In this document: piece after piece, positions 12,105-23,347 of the stretch
Layout of the letters: every line of letters starts with the position of its first letter
Numbering within the stretch: the stretch's first letter is position 1
Assembly: GCF_001194135.2 (NCBI RefSeq)
Contig: NC_068982.1
Span: 163,441,105-163,505,104, forward strand
Length of the DNA: 64,000 nucleotides
From: Octopus bimaculoides
Taxonomy: Eukaryota
Reading direction: 5' to 3'
Notes under the pieces: model-generated
Told to the model about the DNA's origin: nothing
What the model saw: the letters and a program-made list of their open reading frames with translations, nothing else
The model's database searches: none
Position numbers and translations under genes: made by a program

Positions 12105-12272
12105 GTTGTGCTTCTACATAGTTTCTGTCTACCAAATATCCTTCACAACTCATTGGTGAATCTAAAGTTATACTAAAAGACACCTGCCCAAAGTTCTATG
12201 CAGTGTAACTGTAACTGAACTTGAATACATGTGATCGAAGCAAACTTCTTAACTAAGTATTGATGCCTGCAC
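12105..12272 (-). mobile_element. Family B SINE, 5' half
   Basis: CTTCTACATAGTTTCTGTCTACCAAAT...AAAAGACACCTGCCCAAAG...AAACTTCTTAAC. Confidence 0.65.
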
Positions 12273-12287
12273 TTATAGCCATGTAAT

Positions 12288-12325
<38 letters not shown>

Positions 12326-13112
12326 TGTGCATGCATGTGTATGTGTGTGTCCTTTCATATATAGGCAGTTACATATACTCAGTCTTTTTTTTTTTATATT
12401 CATTCACTGACTACATACGTGTCTGTTTGTTTGTGTGCATGAGTGTGAGTGTGTGTAAGTGTGTGTGAATATACTTATGTATTTCCTTTATTTTTGTTTA
12501 TGAATTGTTTAAGAGAACATTTTTTACAGCTGGATGCCCTTGCTGATGTTAACCACTCAACTGTGAAGTGGGATGGGTGCCTCCTTTATGCATGCAGACA
12601 TATATACACAAGCATGTGCACTTGTAAAAAAAATATATATGTAACGATAACACCTGCACCCCCAAATTGAATTTTGTTATGTAAAAATATTCTTTAAAAT
12701 TATATATCTCTATCATGGTGGGGGGAACGGGAGAAACAAAATATATATATAAAAAAATATGTAAAAAAAAAAAATTCCAAGGAGATACTTTGGAGAGAAG
12801 AACCAAAAATCTCATGCTAGAATATGTTCTGGTTCATATGCAGATGAGAGATAAAACTATACATGGAAATGACTGTAGTATATCAAAAGTAATGTTTCTG
12901 TTATCGATATTCTACTGAATATAACCAATAGTGATTTAAAGTATTATAAATACTCATGGTAAGTCACACTGATAAACAAATCATACCTTCAGTTCATAGA
13001 CAACACTCTTAACTCAAAAGATGACTCACATATAAGTTGTAGGCTGTGTTTATGAATACTCTGTCACTCTCTTACCCACCCACTCACCCTATTCTAGCCA
13101 TGGTTCCACTTA

Positions 13113-13300
13113 TATGAGGGGGTGCATGAAAGGCCTGGTTGGAGGTCTAACCTTCTGAGTTCTTTTACAGGGCTTAGAAAAACTAAAGTACAAAGTGTGT
13201 GAATCTGAGAGGGGAATATGTTGAATAAAATTATAATTCACTGGTCCTCCTGTATTTTCTTGAACCCAAAGCCAGGAACTTTTCAGCACCCCCTCACATA
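13113..13300 (+). mobile_element. Mariner-derived MITE retaining the transposase C-terminus
   Basis: TIRs TATGAGGGGGTGCATGAAAGGCCTGG / CCAGGAACTTTTCAGCACCCCCTCACATA; 13193-13228 encodes KCVNLRGEYVE*, preceded by frameshifted LQGLEKLK (mariner GIEKL..RWTKCI..GDYVE motif). Confidence 0.8.
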
Positions 13301-13705
13301 CACCTCCCTGTAACTTGAGAACCCCGTCACATCTCCACTGTCTCTCTTCACTCTCTCCCCGTATCTGAGGTATCTCTTCTACTGCAAGGCACTTGTTTCT
13401 GACCCTCTATTCATACTCTAATCTCTCTTCTCCTGGTACAAAGCCATCATCCTCAATAATTCTCGCACCTCAGTTGAAGGGTTTTGTCTTGCAAGCTAGT
13501 GGGTGACCTCACTGCTGTTGATGCCATGTAAAACAGCACCTGATACACTCTGTAAAGTGGTTGGCATTAGGAAGAGTATCCTGTTATAGAAGTCATGCCA
13601 AAGTAGACAGTAGAACTTAGTGCAGTCTTCTAACTGGCCAGTACCTGTCAAATTGTCTAATCCCAGCCAACATGGAAAGAAGATGATAATGATGATGATG
13701 ATAAT
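13300..13705 (+). mobile_element. Family A retroposon with long 5' extension
   Basis: GGGTGACCTCACTGCTG..CAGCACC..CTGTAAAGTGGTTGGCATTAGGAAG..CATGGAAAG and (GAT)n tail. Confidence 0.75.
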
Positions 13706-13780
13706 GTAATATTTGAATTTGTTAATCAACTAGTTTAAAAAACAAAAACATTGATGGTGGTGGGGCTCTATACATAAAAG

Positions 13781-13915
13781 TAGAGCAAATTTATTGGTAA
13801 TATTAATTTGAGTGGGACTTCAAGTTTTGATCTTAACGGTCTATTTAACCAGAGAGGCTGACAAAGAAGGTCAAAATCTAAGGTCCCATTAATTTTATCA
13901 ATATCTCTTTGTCTA
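13781..13915. repeat. Decayed inverted repeat (old MITE?)
   Basis: TATTGGTAATATTAAT..GGGACTTCAAGTTTTGATCTT pairs with AAGGTCAAAATCTAAGGTCCCATTAATTTTATCAATA. Confidence 0.55.
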
Positions 13916-14240
13916 TATACCTTTAGATTTATCCCTATAACCCCTTTCTACTCCTCTCTTACTAATATTGAACCTACACACATATATAAACACAGTTCCT
14001 TACTAAGCTATTTGCCTATGCCTTCTGAGGAATTTATCATGACTTTGCTCCTTGGGTCTTTCAAAAACCATACCTGTTTATATGCTTCCAATATTATCAG
14101 GGTTCATTACATAATATCCATGTTTATATCACCTGCCATCGATTAGCTGAAACAGCTGTGAAAATAGACTTGATTATATCATATAATTATATATACAATT
14201 TTCCATTCCTTCCACCTGTTATTGTTTCTATTTTTCTGTT

Positions 14241-14286
<46 letters not shown>

Positions 14287-14680
14287 ATGAAAGTTTTATG
14301 AAAATATGATTATTTCCCACGTAATATATCTAATGAAACTACATGTAAACATATCTTTTGGTAGCTTTTAACAAATTAAACCTATGTTAACGCACTCTGA
14401 ATTCTCTATATTGAATAAGTCTATTTTATATATTTAATTACATGCAGCACCATAGTTAATTTAATTTCATCACATGCAATAATGAAATGATTAATATACT
14501 CCAGCTACCCTGACATGTAAATATGCCATCTCCTCTGTATTTTAATTATATTGAATGCAATTTCTGCTGTAAAGCATGCGTATGGAAGTTTATCAAGGGG
14601 AGCAAATTCCATGTCAGCAATCTAATACTGTACAGTGGTTTGATTTGCTTCCATATGGTGTAACAATATATCATAAATTA

Positions 14681-14896
14681 AGGCGGCGAGCTGGCAGAAT
14701 CATTAGTATGCCAGGTAAAATGCTTAGCAGCATTTTGTCCATTTTAATGTTCTGAGTTCAAATTCTGCTAAGGTTGGCTTTACCTTTCATCTATTTGGGG
14801 TCGATTAAATAGGTACCAGTTGAACACAGAGATTGATCTAATTGACTTATCCTCTCCCTGAAATTGCTGGCCTTGTGCCAAAATTTGAAACCAATA
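14681..14896 (+). mobile_element. Family C tRNA-headed SINE, full length
   Basis: GGCGGCGAGCTGGCAGAATC head, B-box GAGTTCAAATTC, core TTTACCTTTCATCTATTTGGGGTCGATTAAATAGGTACCAGTTG, end GCTGGCCTTGTGCCAAAATTTGAAACC. Confidence 0.85.
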
Positions 14897-15282
14897 TTTC
14901 ATAAATTTCCTGTTTTGTCAATGTAGGATTATGTTTACCTACAGTAAATTATGGGATTCAAAAATTATCATTATATCATCTTTATTGATTAGGAAATGGG
15001 CCAAGAAAACATGTACGTAATTTCTGTTGGTATCTCATATTATGATGTTTAATTATGGTCAAGCAACTAGAATCACACACATTAGTATTAAGTACTGTCA
15101 GTTTCCATCACATGTAAGACTGCTTATGGCATTTACATTGCACCACATATTACAAATTAAGGTTTTGTATGTTCAGTAGATAAGTTGCATGCTGGATGTT
15201 ACATCATATTTTGGTGGAAAATAGTGTGACTATAACACACGTAGAAACTTGTTCTTATCACACAAGAAAACACCCTAAATTG

Positions 15283-15480
15283 TGTGGTTGTTATTTAACC
15301 CCAGGTTAGCCATAATTGAGTACACCCATGATCAAAAATGATTCAGTTGTGACCATCTTGTTTTTTTACAGAGTATCTAGCACCATATAACCTAATGTGC
15401 CCTTACTTTTTTTAGATGTTGGTGTGTGATTTGATATAGATTTGGCTTCTATTTCTAGCAAGTTGAGTGATTGCGTAAAA
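15283..15480 (-). repeat. Family D repeat
   Basis: CCCCAGGTTAGC...GTGACCATCTTG...GTGTGATTTGATATAGATTTGGCTTCTATTTCTAGCAAGTTGAGTGA. Confidence 0.7.
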
Positions 15481-15869
15481 TAAATTTGAACTCAAGACCC
15501 AAGAGTAGATATTCTGCATTCATATTTACCTAGTCATTTGGCTTAATGTACTGTGCAAAATCCAGCAATATGCAAGAGAGGTATGCATCAATCACAAAAG
15601 AAGTGATAATATTTAGTTCTATGAAGGTTTTGTTAAGGTAAATAAAAGTGAAGAGATTCCAAGGATTTTGTTAGGGTTTGATCTATGAAACCAATATAAA
15701 GCTCCACCCCACTTACTTGGTCCTGAAAACTAATGTTAAGACATGTAGAAATTTAAGTGTTTGATTCAAATAAATAACACAACAGTTGCAGTGGATTTGA
15801 ACATGCAACTGATGGGCTGGTGGCTGTCCAATACCAAAAAGTACTTTGCTGTTTCAATTCAACTTGCAG

Positions 15870-15961
15870 GCCTCTACACATCACGTGTACAAAGCATGTG
15901 ATTTGGCCTAATCTTGAGCAACAGCCTTACTTGGTTAGGAACTGGTCAGTTAGAGATGACC
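15870..15961 (+). pseudogene. Probable decayed 5S rRNA-derived sequence (pseudogene or SINE3-like head)
   Basis: Colinear blocks ATCACGT, TTGAGCAAC, GGTTAG and TGACC match recalled molluscan 5S positions; followed by an (AAC/AAT)n tail; overall identity is low. Confidence 0.4.
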
Positions 15962-16434
15962 AAGAACTAACAACAACAGCAATAATAACAATAACAACAA
16001 CAAGGAAAATAATAACATTGCTAGCAGACTTCTTATCAATCAAAATATTGCATTTTTCTATCAGTGTGGTTTGATTGATGCATTGCCAGTATTTCATAAT
16101 TGGCTTAAATATAGGGCCTGCAGATATCATTCATAAAACAATATATAAGCACACATCCATACACATATATTCACACCTATAGACATGCACAGACACATAA
16201 TATTCACATATATATGCACACACACGTGCAGGCACACACAAACATGCACACAAATGTGTGTGGGCATATATATATATATATATATGTATTACATCATTAT
16301 CATTTAACACCCGTGCTTCATGCTGGCATGGGTTGCATGCACACATACACACACACGCATATATATATATGTGTATGTATGTATGTGTATATATATGAGT
16401 GTGTGTGAGTATATATATATATATATATATATAT

Positions 16435-16747
16435 NNNNNNNNNNNNNNNNNNNNNNNNNNNNNNNNNNNNNNNNNNNNNNNNNNNNNNNNNNNNNNNNNN
16501 NNNNNNNNNNNNNNNNNNNNNNNNNNNNNNNNNNNNNNNNNNNNNNNNNNNNNNNNNNNNNNNNNNNNNNNNNNNNNNNNNNNNNNNNNNNNNNNNNNNN
16601 NNNNNNNNNNNNNNNNNNNNNNNNNNNNNNNNNNNNNNNNNNNNNNNNNNNNNNNNNNNNNNNNNNNNNNNNNNNNNNNNNNNNNNNNNNNNNNNNNNNN
16701 NNNNNNNNNNNNNNNNNNNNNNNNNNNNNNNNNNNNNNNNNNNNNNN
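16435..16747. other. Assembly gap (313 N) flanked by (TA)n
   Basis: N run. Confidence 1.
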
Positions 16748-16825
16748 ATATATATATATATATATATATATACATACATACATACATAGATATATATGCA
16801 TATACAATATCTAATACATACATAA

Positions 16826-16857
<32 letters not shown>

Positions 16858-17188
16858 ATATGCAATATTGGAGATATTTCACCTCACAGCAAACTATCAA
16901 TTTAGCTATGACCACTTTACTACAGAAAGTTGAAAGCATCAATTTGGCTGAAAAGATTAGTATTATATTTAGTACTGACCTTTTCTAGCCAAGAACAATC
17001 ATCCTGCCAGCAAAGTTTTGATATTATAAATTGATATAAATAAAATTCAATAAGTATAATGAAAGGAAGAAAATAGATAGGCTGGTGTTAAAATGTTAAA
17101 TATTACATAAGAAAGTCATTTATAGGATAGATATTTATAATAAATAAAATGGAAATATAAATTGTAACAGAAATTAATTGGAAAATTA

Positions 17189-17191
<3 letters not shown>

Positions 17192-17231
<40 letters not shown>
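17192..17231 (+). repeat. Poly(A) run, 40 nt
   Basis: Direct reading; no element body recognised upstream. Confidence 0.95.
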
Positions 17232-17233
<2 letters not shown>

Positions 17234-17427
17234 AATGCAAATTAAATATGAAGGGAAAGTTGAATGAATATATGGGAATATTAACCAGACAAGAATAATT
17301 GGATGCTAGAGTGGGTTTTGAAAGTCAAAAGAAATTGTTGGCACATGAAACAGGAGAGGGTTAAAAGGTGGGCCAGAAATAGGTCTAGAATAGGTCATAT
17401 TCAAACTTTAGTGTATATAAACTAATG

Positions 17428-17525
17428 AGGAGATCTGTATGTGGTCACTTGAATGTCTGGATGGTCATGGCTTGAATGTCTTTGATTATGTGTCTGCTTT
17501 ACAAGAGCAGGCCTAGGGCTTGACA
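17428..17525 (+). repeat. Family D repeat, internally deleted
   Basis: ATGTGGTCACTTGA joined to GGATGGTCATGGCTTGAATGTCTTTGATTATGTGTCTGC. Confidence 0.55.
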
Positions 17526-18129
17526 GCTTTAACTGTTACTGCAGCTGCTGTGATTACTACTGCTATTTTAGTGAGCAAATAATACCTAATTTCTCAACCA
17601 TGTGTCTAAGGCTGAAAGTAGATAGCGTCATTAGAAAACAAACATTAAATACATATTTGATGAAGCCAGCCTACAGTTTACCAACTAGTTTGGATGGACA
17701 CCCGTAAAAATCTTGTCTTTATTGTACAGTTTACCTAGAAATAGCGAGTAGAGTTTGTCCCTCTCCCTGCAATACCAGCAAGAAAAGTTGAACTAAAAAT
17801 TTGAAGCTATTAAAAACTCATCAGTTTTCTAGTGCTGTAACTGTTTATAACTATAAGGTCTTCCTTCCTTGCTAAATGGGGGTGGAGGTAGTTTTCTAAG
17901 ATGTCTTAGCTAGGAATGCTTCCCACTGATGGTAAGAAGGCTAGAAACAGTTTGCTTCTTGGCCAGTTGTTTAGTGTTCTATGAATTTAGTCATTCTTGG
18001 TCTGTCAATATTCTCTTTACAAACTGCAAAAAAAGTATCAAAGGCATAAATGTATGCGTAAGAATTGAAACTCAGGTTTATGCTACCATCTCAGAATGAA
18101 AATCCTTTACAAGAAGTCATATTTTCACA

Positions 18130-18240
18130 CCTATAGGTAGCTTCTTGATGCCTGTTGTTCAATCACATACACTTGTAATAAGCTTCCTGCACCTTGTTAT
18201 TAATCTGTGGAACAAACTTCCAAAAGTTATAATCGGAGCT
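18130..18240 (+). mobile_element. CR1/L2-like LINE 3' relic
   Basis: 18193-18240 translates LVINLWNKLPKVIIGA, matching the RV(V/I)NxWNxLP..VV.A terminal motif of CR1-clade ORF2. Confidence 0.4.
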
Positions 18241-18521
18241 GTTTTTGTAAAAGAAATACAAACCATCAAAAGTTAGAAACAGAAATGCTTCTTGTCATTT
18301 CTATCTACAAATATGCAGTGACTCTTTGATCTCCACTCTGCATAAATTAGGACATTATTCACAAATAGAAATATTAGATAAAAGAAAAGAACATTCAAGT
18401 TGAGAGAGATGTAGATATGCCAAGAAAGAATGCAGCAGTCAGTCAGTCCAAGACAGTTTGCAAGTATTCTTAGGCAGCACTAGAGTATGTCTGTGGAGTT
18501 ACTCTACTCTAAATGACTCGA

Positions 18522-18660
18522 GTTGTTGTTGTTTTGATTGTTTAGTTCCTGCTTAGTCCTAATTTGTTAGACCTATGATTAGCTGTTACCATCTTGTCTT
18601 TTGTTTTAAAGGTAGTAAGTTGTGATTTAAGCAAATTTGACTTCTATTTCTAGTAGATTC
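18522..18660 (-). repeat. Family D repeat
   Basis: (GTT)n end, AGACCTATGAT, ACCATCTTGTC, TGTGATTTAAGCAAATTTGACTTCTATTTCTAG. Confidence 0.6.
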
Positions 18661-19209
18661 TAAAACCAGGTCGCAGCTACATTTTTGGCCCAGCCTAATT
18701 CTAAGCGGGGTAATCCACCACAATGATGGCAATGTTTTGGAGGATACAAATGTTTTGTTGGATTGTAATCCTGGTTTCAGTACTTTTTATGGGAAATGAT
18801 GCCTGCAATGAACCAGTATCTTGCTTTGAGAAAGATTTATTTCTCATCCGCTTAACATTGCAGAAACTGGAATTGAATACCAGCCCCATGTGATTCAGGA
18901 AGGATTAGATTTTAAAGAAAAGGATTAGTTTTTAAAGAATGTTCTGGAATAATGATACACTAGAATATCTTTATCCTAGAAAGATTTAATGAAAAATGAA
19001 AGGAAGAGAAAAATGAATGTTTTCAGGGGGACTCTAAACAATGGCAAACAAATATTTATTTTTGTATAATGATAGGGAAGTGAATTAGCAGAAATGTGAG
19101 ACAAACTCACATTCAGATGTGCACATGCATATATTTTTATAGCTAAAATCTGTGGATAACATACACTATAGTTGAGTTAACACAAAACAGGAAAATAACA
19201 TAAGCACTT

Positions 19210-19275
19210 ATATTAGTTTCAGTCATTAGACTGTGGCCATGCTGGAGCACTGCCTTCATGGATTTTTAGTCAATT
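19210..19275 (-). mobile_element. Family B SINE tail fragment
   Basis: GTTTCAGTCATTAGACTGTGGCCATGCTGGAGCACTGCC. Confidence 0.75.
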
Positions 19276-20269
19276 ATATTTGTAGAGGGAATATTCAGCA
19301 ATCACTCGATGTGATAAAAAAATCCATACGATAAAAAAATCTAACCCAATCAGAACTGGCTCTAGCAAAAGTGCCATCTTTTTGTGCCTCTCAGTATAAA
19401 TTTGGCACACCTTACCTACTTAACCAGAGAGCAATGATAGCCACCATAGGAGAAGAAGGCCAATGGAGATGACAGACATCAGCTGATCTGAACTGACAAC
19501 AACCACAATGAACGACCAGTGACAGCCACACAATGATCAGCAGTTAACATTTTGACTGCTACTACAATTACATCAAGAACAATTCTCTCTTGACATTTTG
19601 TTTGTAGTAATGACAGTATTTACTTTTTGTGTATGAAAAGAATAAAAATTTTGTTATCAAAAATTGCAACAGATTTTGTCATTTTCTTCTTCATACATAT
19701 TAAACCCAATATTTATTTCAATTTCTTGAATGGGTAATGTTGGTTGTTTGATGTAAAGGATGTAATTCAATGAATTATTTTACACTGGCTTATGAAATGT
19801 AAATGCATGCATATATGCACATATATAAAATGAACTTCTATACTATTTCCTTCAAATGAATTTTGCTCACATGGCATTGGTCTATCAAAAGAGCAGTAAA
19901 GACATTAGCTGAGGGTCCCACACAGTGCAATTTAACTGGGAACAATGTGGTTGTGTAGTAGAACTCTAAGCATAGGACCATACTTTTTGTGTGTATTATG
20001 TATATAAAACACCTCCTTGTCTTTTAAGGCAAAAAAAACATGCATAGAGTACTGAGTGCATGTAAACAATTGCATTGTTAACAAAAGAAAAACACATTTA
20101 AGAGACACATACAGAAAACATAAAAATAACACAGCTGAAAACTATGCACATCACATATACACACATACATACACTCAAGAAAGCACAAATGCCATGAGCA
20201 GTTTTCAGAAAAACGGCCCTCGTTAACTTATTATTCAATTTAGAGTGCATGCACATGTGCGTGCATGTG

Positions 20270-20318
<49 letters not shown>

Positions 20319-20984
20319 GGGGAAAAAAGTCCTTCGAAATGCAGACAGTACTTATGAAAGTAAACATGTGTAAACAAACTACATGCTGCACTTGTAAGGG
20401 CAAACACATAAATATTTACTGGCACACATAAAAAAAGTAACTACAAATATGCAAAGCATACATTCAAGTATATATATTAAGTAGTGTGACAGATTAATAT
20501 ATTCATTGTTAGGCATAAGGGCAAAGACACACATTCATATACATATAGATATATGTATGTGTGCGATTATGATTACATAGACCACGATTATCAAAGTAAA
20601 CTAAATACAGAAGCAACACACTAAAAATAAAACATAAAAGTATGCATACACATACAAAACACACAAATATAGAAAAATACTTAAGATCAAAGATATTATC
20701 CTCCATAAATATATCATCTGCATTACAGCACAATTTGTAAATATCAATTAGTGGTATATAAAAACTAAAACCTAAATAATGACAAGCTTTCTCCACATGC
20801 ATACACATATAGACACATACACATTGTTTCAACAAGAAGGAGAAAAAAAGTACTCAATACAGGGGGGCAAAGCTATATATAATCTGGAAGTTGAGATTTC
20901 ATAAATTGTTATTCAGAATTTCTTGTTTCTGATCTTAGGATGCTTATGAAACATAGAACATAAAGATGGAATGTAATATATATC

Positions 20985-21285
20985 CATATTGTGAGCTGTA
21001 TGATAAGAAGCTTGCTTCCTAAACATGATTCCAGAATCAGTCCCACTGCATGACACCTTGGGCAAGTGCCCTCTACTTTAGCCCTGGGCTGCCCAAAGCC
21101 CTGTGAGTGGATTTGGTAGACGGAAACTGAAAGAAGCTCATCGTATATATGTGTGTATATATATATATCTATGTGTGTGTCTTTGAGTCTGTGTTTGTTC
21201 CCCCCACTACCACTGTTTGACAACTGGTGGTGTGTTTACATCCCTGTAACTTAGCGGTTTGGCAAAAAGAGACTGATAGAATATA
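20985..21285 (+). mobile_element. Family B SINE, 3'-truncated
   Basis: CACCTTGGGCAAGTGCCCTCTACTTTAGCC CORE-like block, GGATTTGGTAGACGGAAACTGAAAGAAGC, TAACTTAGCGGTTTGGCAAAAAGAGACTGATAGAAT. Confidence 0.85.
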
Positions 21286-21454
21286 TACACACATAGACAT
21301 ACATATATATTTTGTTTCATATATGCCATTCTCCTTCTCTCTCTATTATAAAGGAGATGACAGGGAACCAAGATATGTGGCACAATGCTGTACTCAAGCA
21401 GACCTGCCCACCACGACAGAATTGAGATCCTAAAAGCAAGGTGCTACATAAAAA

Positions 21455-21652
21455 GCATTGGTGTGAGTGCTGGTGCCATATAAAAAGCACCCAGTACACT
21501 CTGTAAGTGGTGGGCATTTGGAAGGGCATCCAACCATAGAAACCAAGCCAAAACAAACTGGAACCAGGCATGGCCCCTGGCCTTGTCAGTTCCTGTCAAG
21601 CTATCCGAACCTATGTCAGCATGGAAAATGGACAATAAATGTTGATGATGAT
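21455..21652 (+). mobile_element. Family A retroposon
   Basis: GCTGGTGCCATATAAAAAGCACCCAGTACACTCTGTAAGTGG..GAAGGGCATCCAACC..CAGCATGGAAAATGGAC. Confidence 0.85.
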
Positions 21653-21661
21653 ATGTATACA

Positions 21662-21875
21662 CAGACTGTCCATAAATTACCTTTACAACTTGAAAATTAC
21701 AGAAAAGAAAAATGAAAAATAAGGATAACTTAGTAGAGTTTATTGGCAAACAAGTAAAGTTTTATTAGAAACATCAGAACACTTCCATATGGCCTCCACT
21801 GGTTGCACACAATACATCTAGATGATACAATACAATAAATTGTGGAAGTTGTAAAGATAATTTATGAATACCCTG
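21662..21875 (-). mobile_element. Tc1/mariner-derived MITE retaining the transposase C-terminus
   Basis: TIRs CAGACTGTCCATAAATTACCTTTACAACTT / AAGTTGTAAAGATAATTTATGAATACCCTG|TA; 21774-21821 (-) encodes LDVLCATSGGHMEVF*, cf. the RLDVCRATxGxHIE terminus. Confidence 0.8.
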
Positions 21876-22111
21876 TATATATATGGATTTATTCATATCC
21901 TTGCAACATGGTTGAATAAATCAATAATAATTGAATGTATTAAATAAATAAATGAATAAGTCCATTTATATAATTTGTATTTGTTATTGAAATCTTTCTT
22001 ACATGTGGACTAACACAAACTGTGTTGAATTTTCTAATTAGTTATTTTTGTTGAAGCAATGCAATGCTAAAATTTAACAATACACACACACACACACACA
22101 CATATATATAT

Positions 22112-22163
<52 letters not shown>

Positions 22164-22770
22164 ATACACACACACACACATGTACACACGCATAAAGACA
22201 TGCACATATATGTATGTATTACTATAAGAGTAACATTTACTATTCAAGTAATATTTTGCATTATAATTATAGAGAGAAAATTTAACTTCCAAACTTCAGT
22301 AGTTTTGGGTTAAACAGAGTGGACCTTGAACTTAATAACCAGACCTGACAAAAACAACGACACAGTCTTTTGGTGGCTACATATGACCGATGCTGAGTAT
22401 GATGGCACAGGCACAAAATGCTCTTTTAAATTAGCTTAGACTTTCAAAATACATGAATGGGTGGGACAGTAACTATGGAACTAAGATTATTGGACTATTA
22501 TCAAGCCTACAAGAACTGCTCTACCATGTTTCTGAGATAGACACCTATCACTATTTATTTGAGTCTGCACTTTACAATTAAATGTTTAGTGGTAAGAAGA
22601 GCATCCATCTAAAGCATAAATTGAATATTTGGTTGTTACCAATCCAACTGTTCTGATGTTAGTCATATGTTCTTTTGTATATTTTTCAAACATCTTACAA
22701 TTTTCAGTTATTGACTAGCATTTGCTGGGCTTATAACAACATTTAAAATAGATGTTTATCATCCAGCATG

Positions 22771-22850
22771 AAGTTCAAGTCATTAGTACACTATTCAAGT
22801 CAATTTTATACTATTCAAGTCACTAATATATCATTCAAGGTATTTTCCTA
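22771..22850. repeat. 20-bp tandem repeat x4
   Basis: TTCAAG recurs at exactly 20-nt spacing. Confidence 0.8.
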
Positions 22851-22851
22851 T

Positions 22852-22957
22852 TCAGTTCTTCTCTACAGCTGTGAAATTTAGCCTGTGCTAGATGAAGAAG
22901 ACTATTGTTTGAATGTATTTGACAACAAGGTATTTGAGAAGAATGCTGCATGTATGA
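22852..22957 (+). mobile_element. Decayed RTE LINE fragment
   Basis: SVLLYSCEI*PVLDEEDYCLNVFDNK then, after a frameshift, YLRRMLHV; cf. SVLLYGCETWPL..RLEVFDNRCLRRIL. Confidence 0.7.
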
Positions 22958-23074
22958 CTCCCATAGAGAGCATGAGTGTGAAATCTTCAAGCACAATATT
23001 TTATATGTACACATTGTTGTTAGTACTTATAAACCACAGTTTATTTACGGATTGACTGTGTGACATTAATTTTT

Positions 23075-23347
23075 ATCTTTCTTTTGTTTCAGTCATTGAA
23101 CTGTGGCCACGCAGGGGCACTGCTTTGAAGCATTTACTGGAAGAAATTGAACCCAGTACTTATTTTTCACACACACACACACACACACAGAGGTTTCTTT
23201 CAGTTTCTGTCTACCAAATCCACTCACAAGGTTCTGGTTGGCCTGGGGCTATAGTACAAGACATTTGTCCAAGCTACCATGCAGTGGGACTGAACCTAAA
23301 ATCACGTGTTTAGAATGTAAGCTTCTTAACCATACGCCCACAGCTGC
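23075..23347 (-). mobile_element. Family B SINE
   Basis: TTTCAGTCATTGAACTGTGGCCAC..CTTTCAGTTTCTGTCTACCAAATCCACTCACAAGG..GCAGTGGGACTGAACC. Confidence 0.85.

Noticed and set aside
14133-14155. 23-nt minus-strand micro-exon candidate (TTTTCACAG|...GCAG|GTGATA)
   Set aside because: Weak donor, too short to evaluate, and no supporting neighbours.
19410-19475. Minus-strand MSVISIGLLLLWWLSLLSG signal-peptide-like start near AG|GTAAG
   Set aside because: An in-frame TAA precedes the good donor, and the alternative donor GTTAAG is weak.
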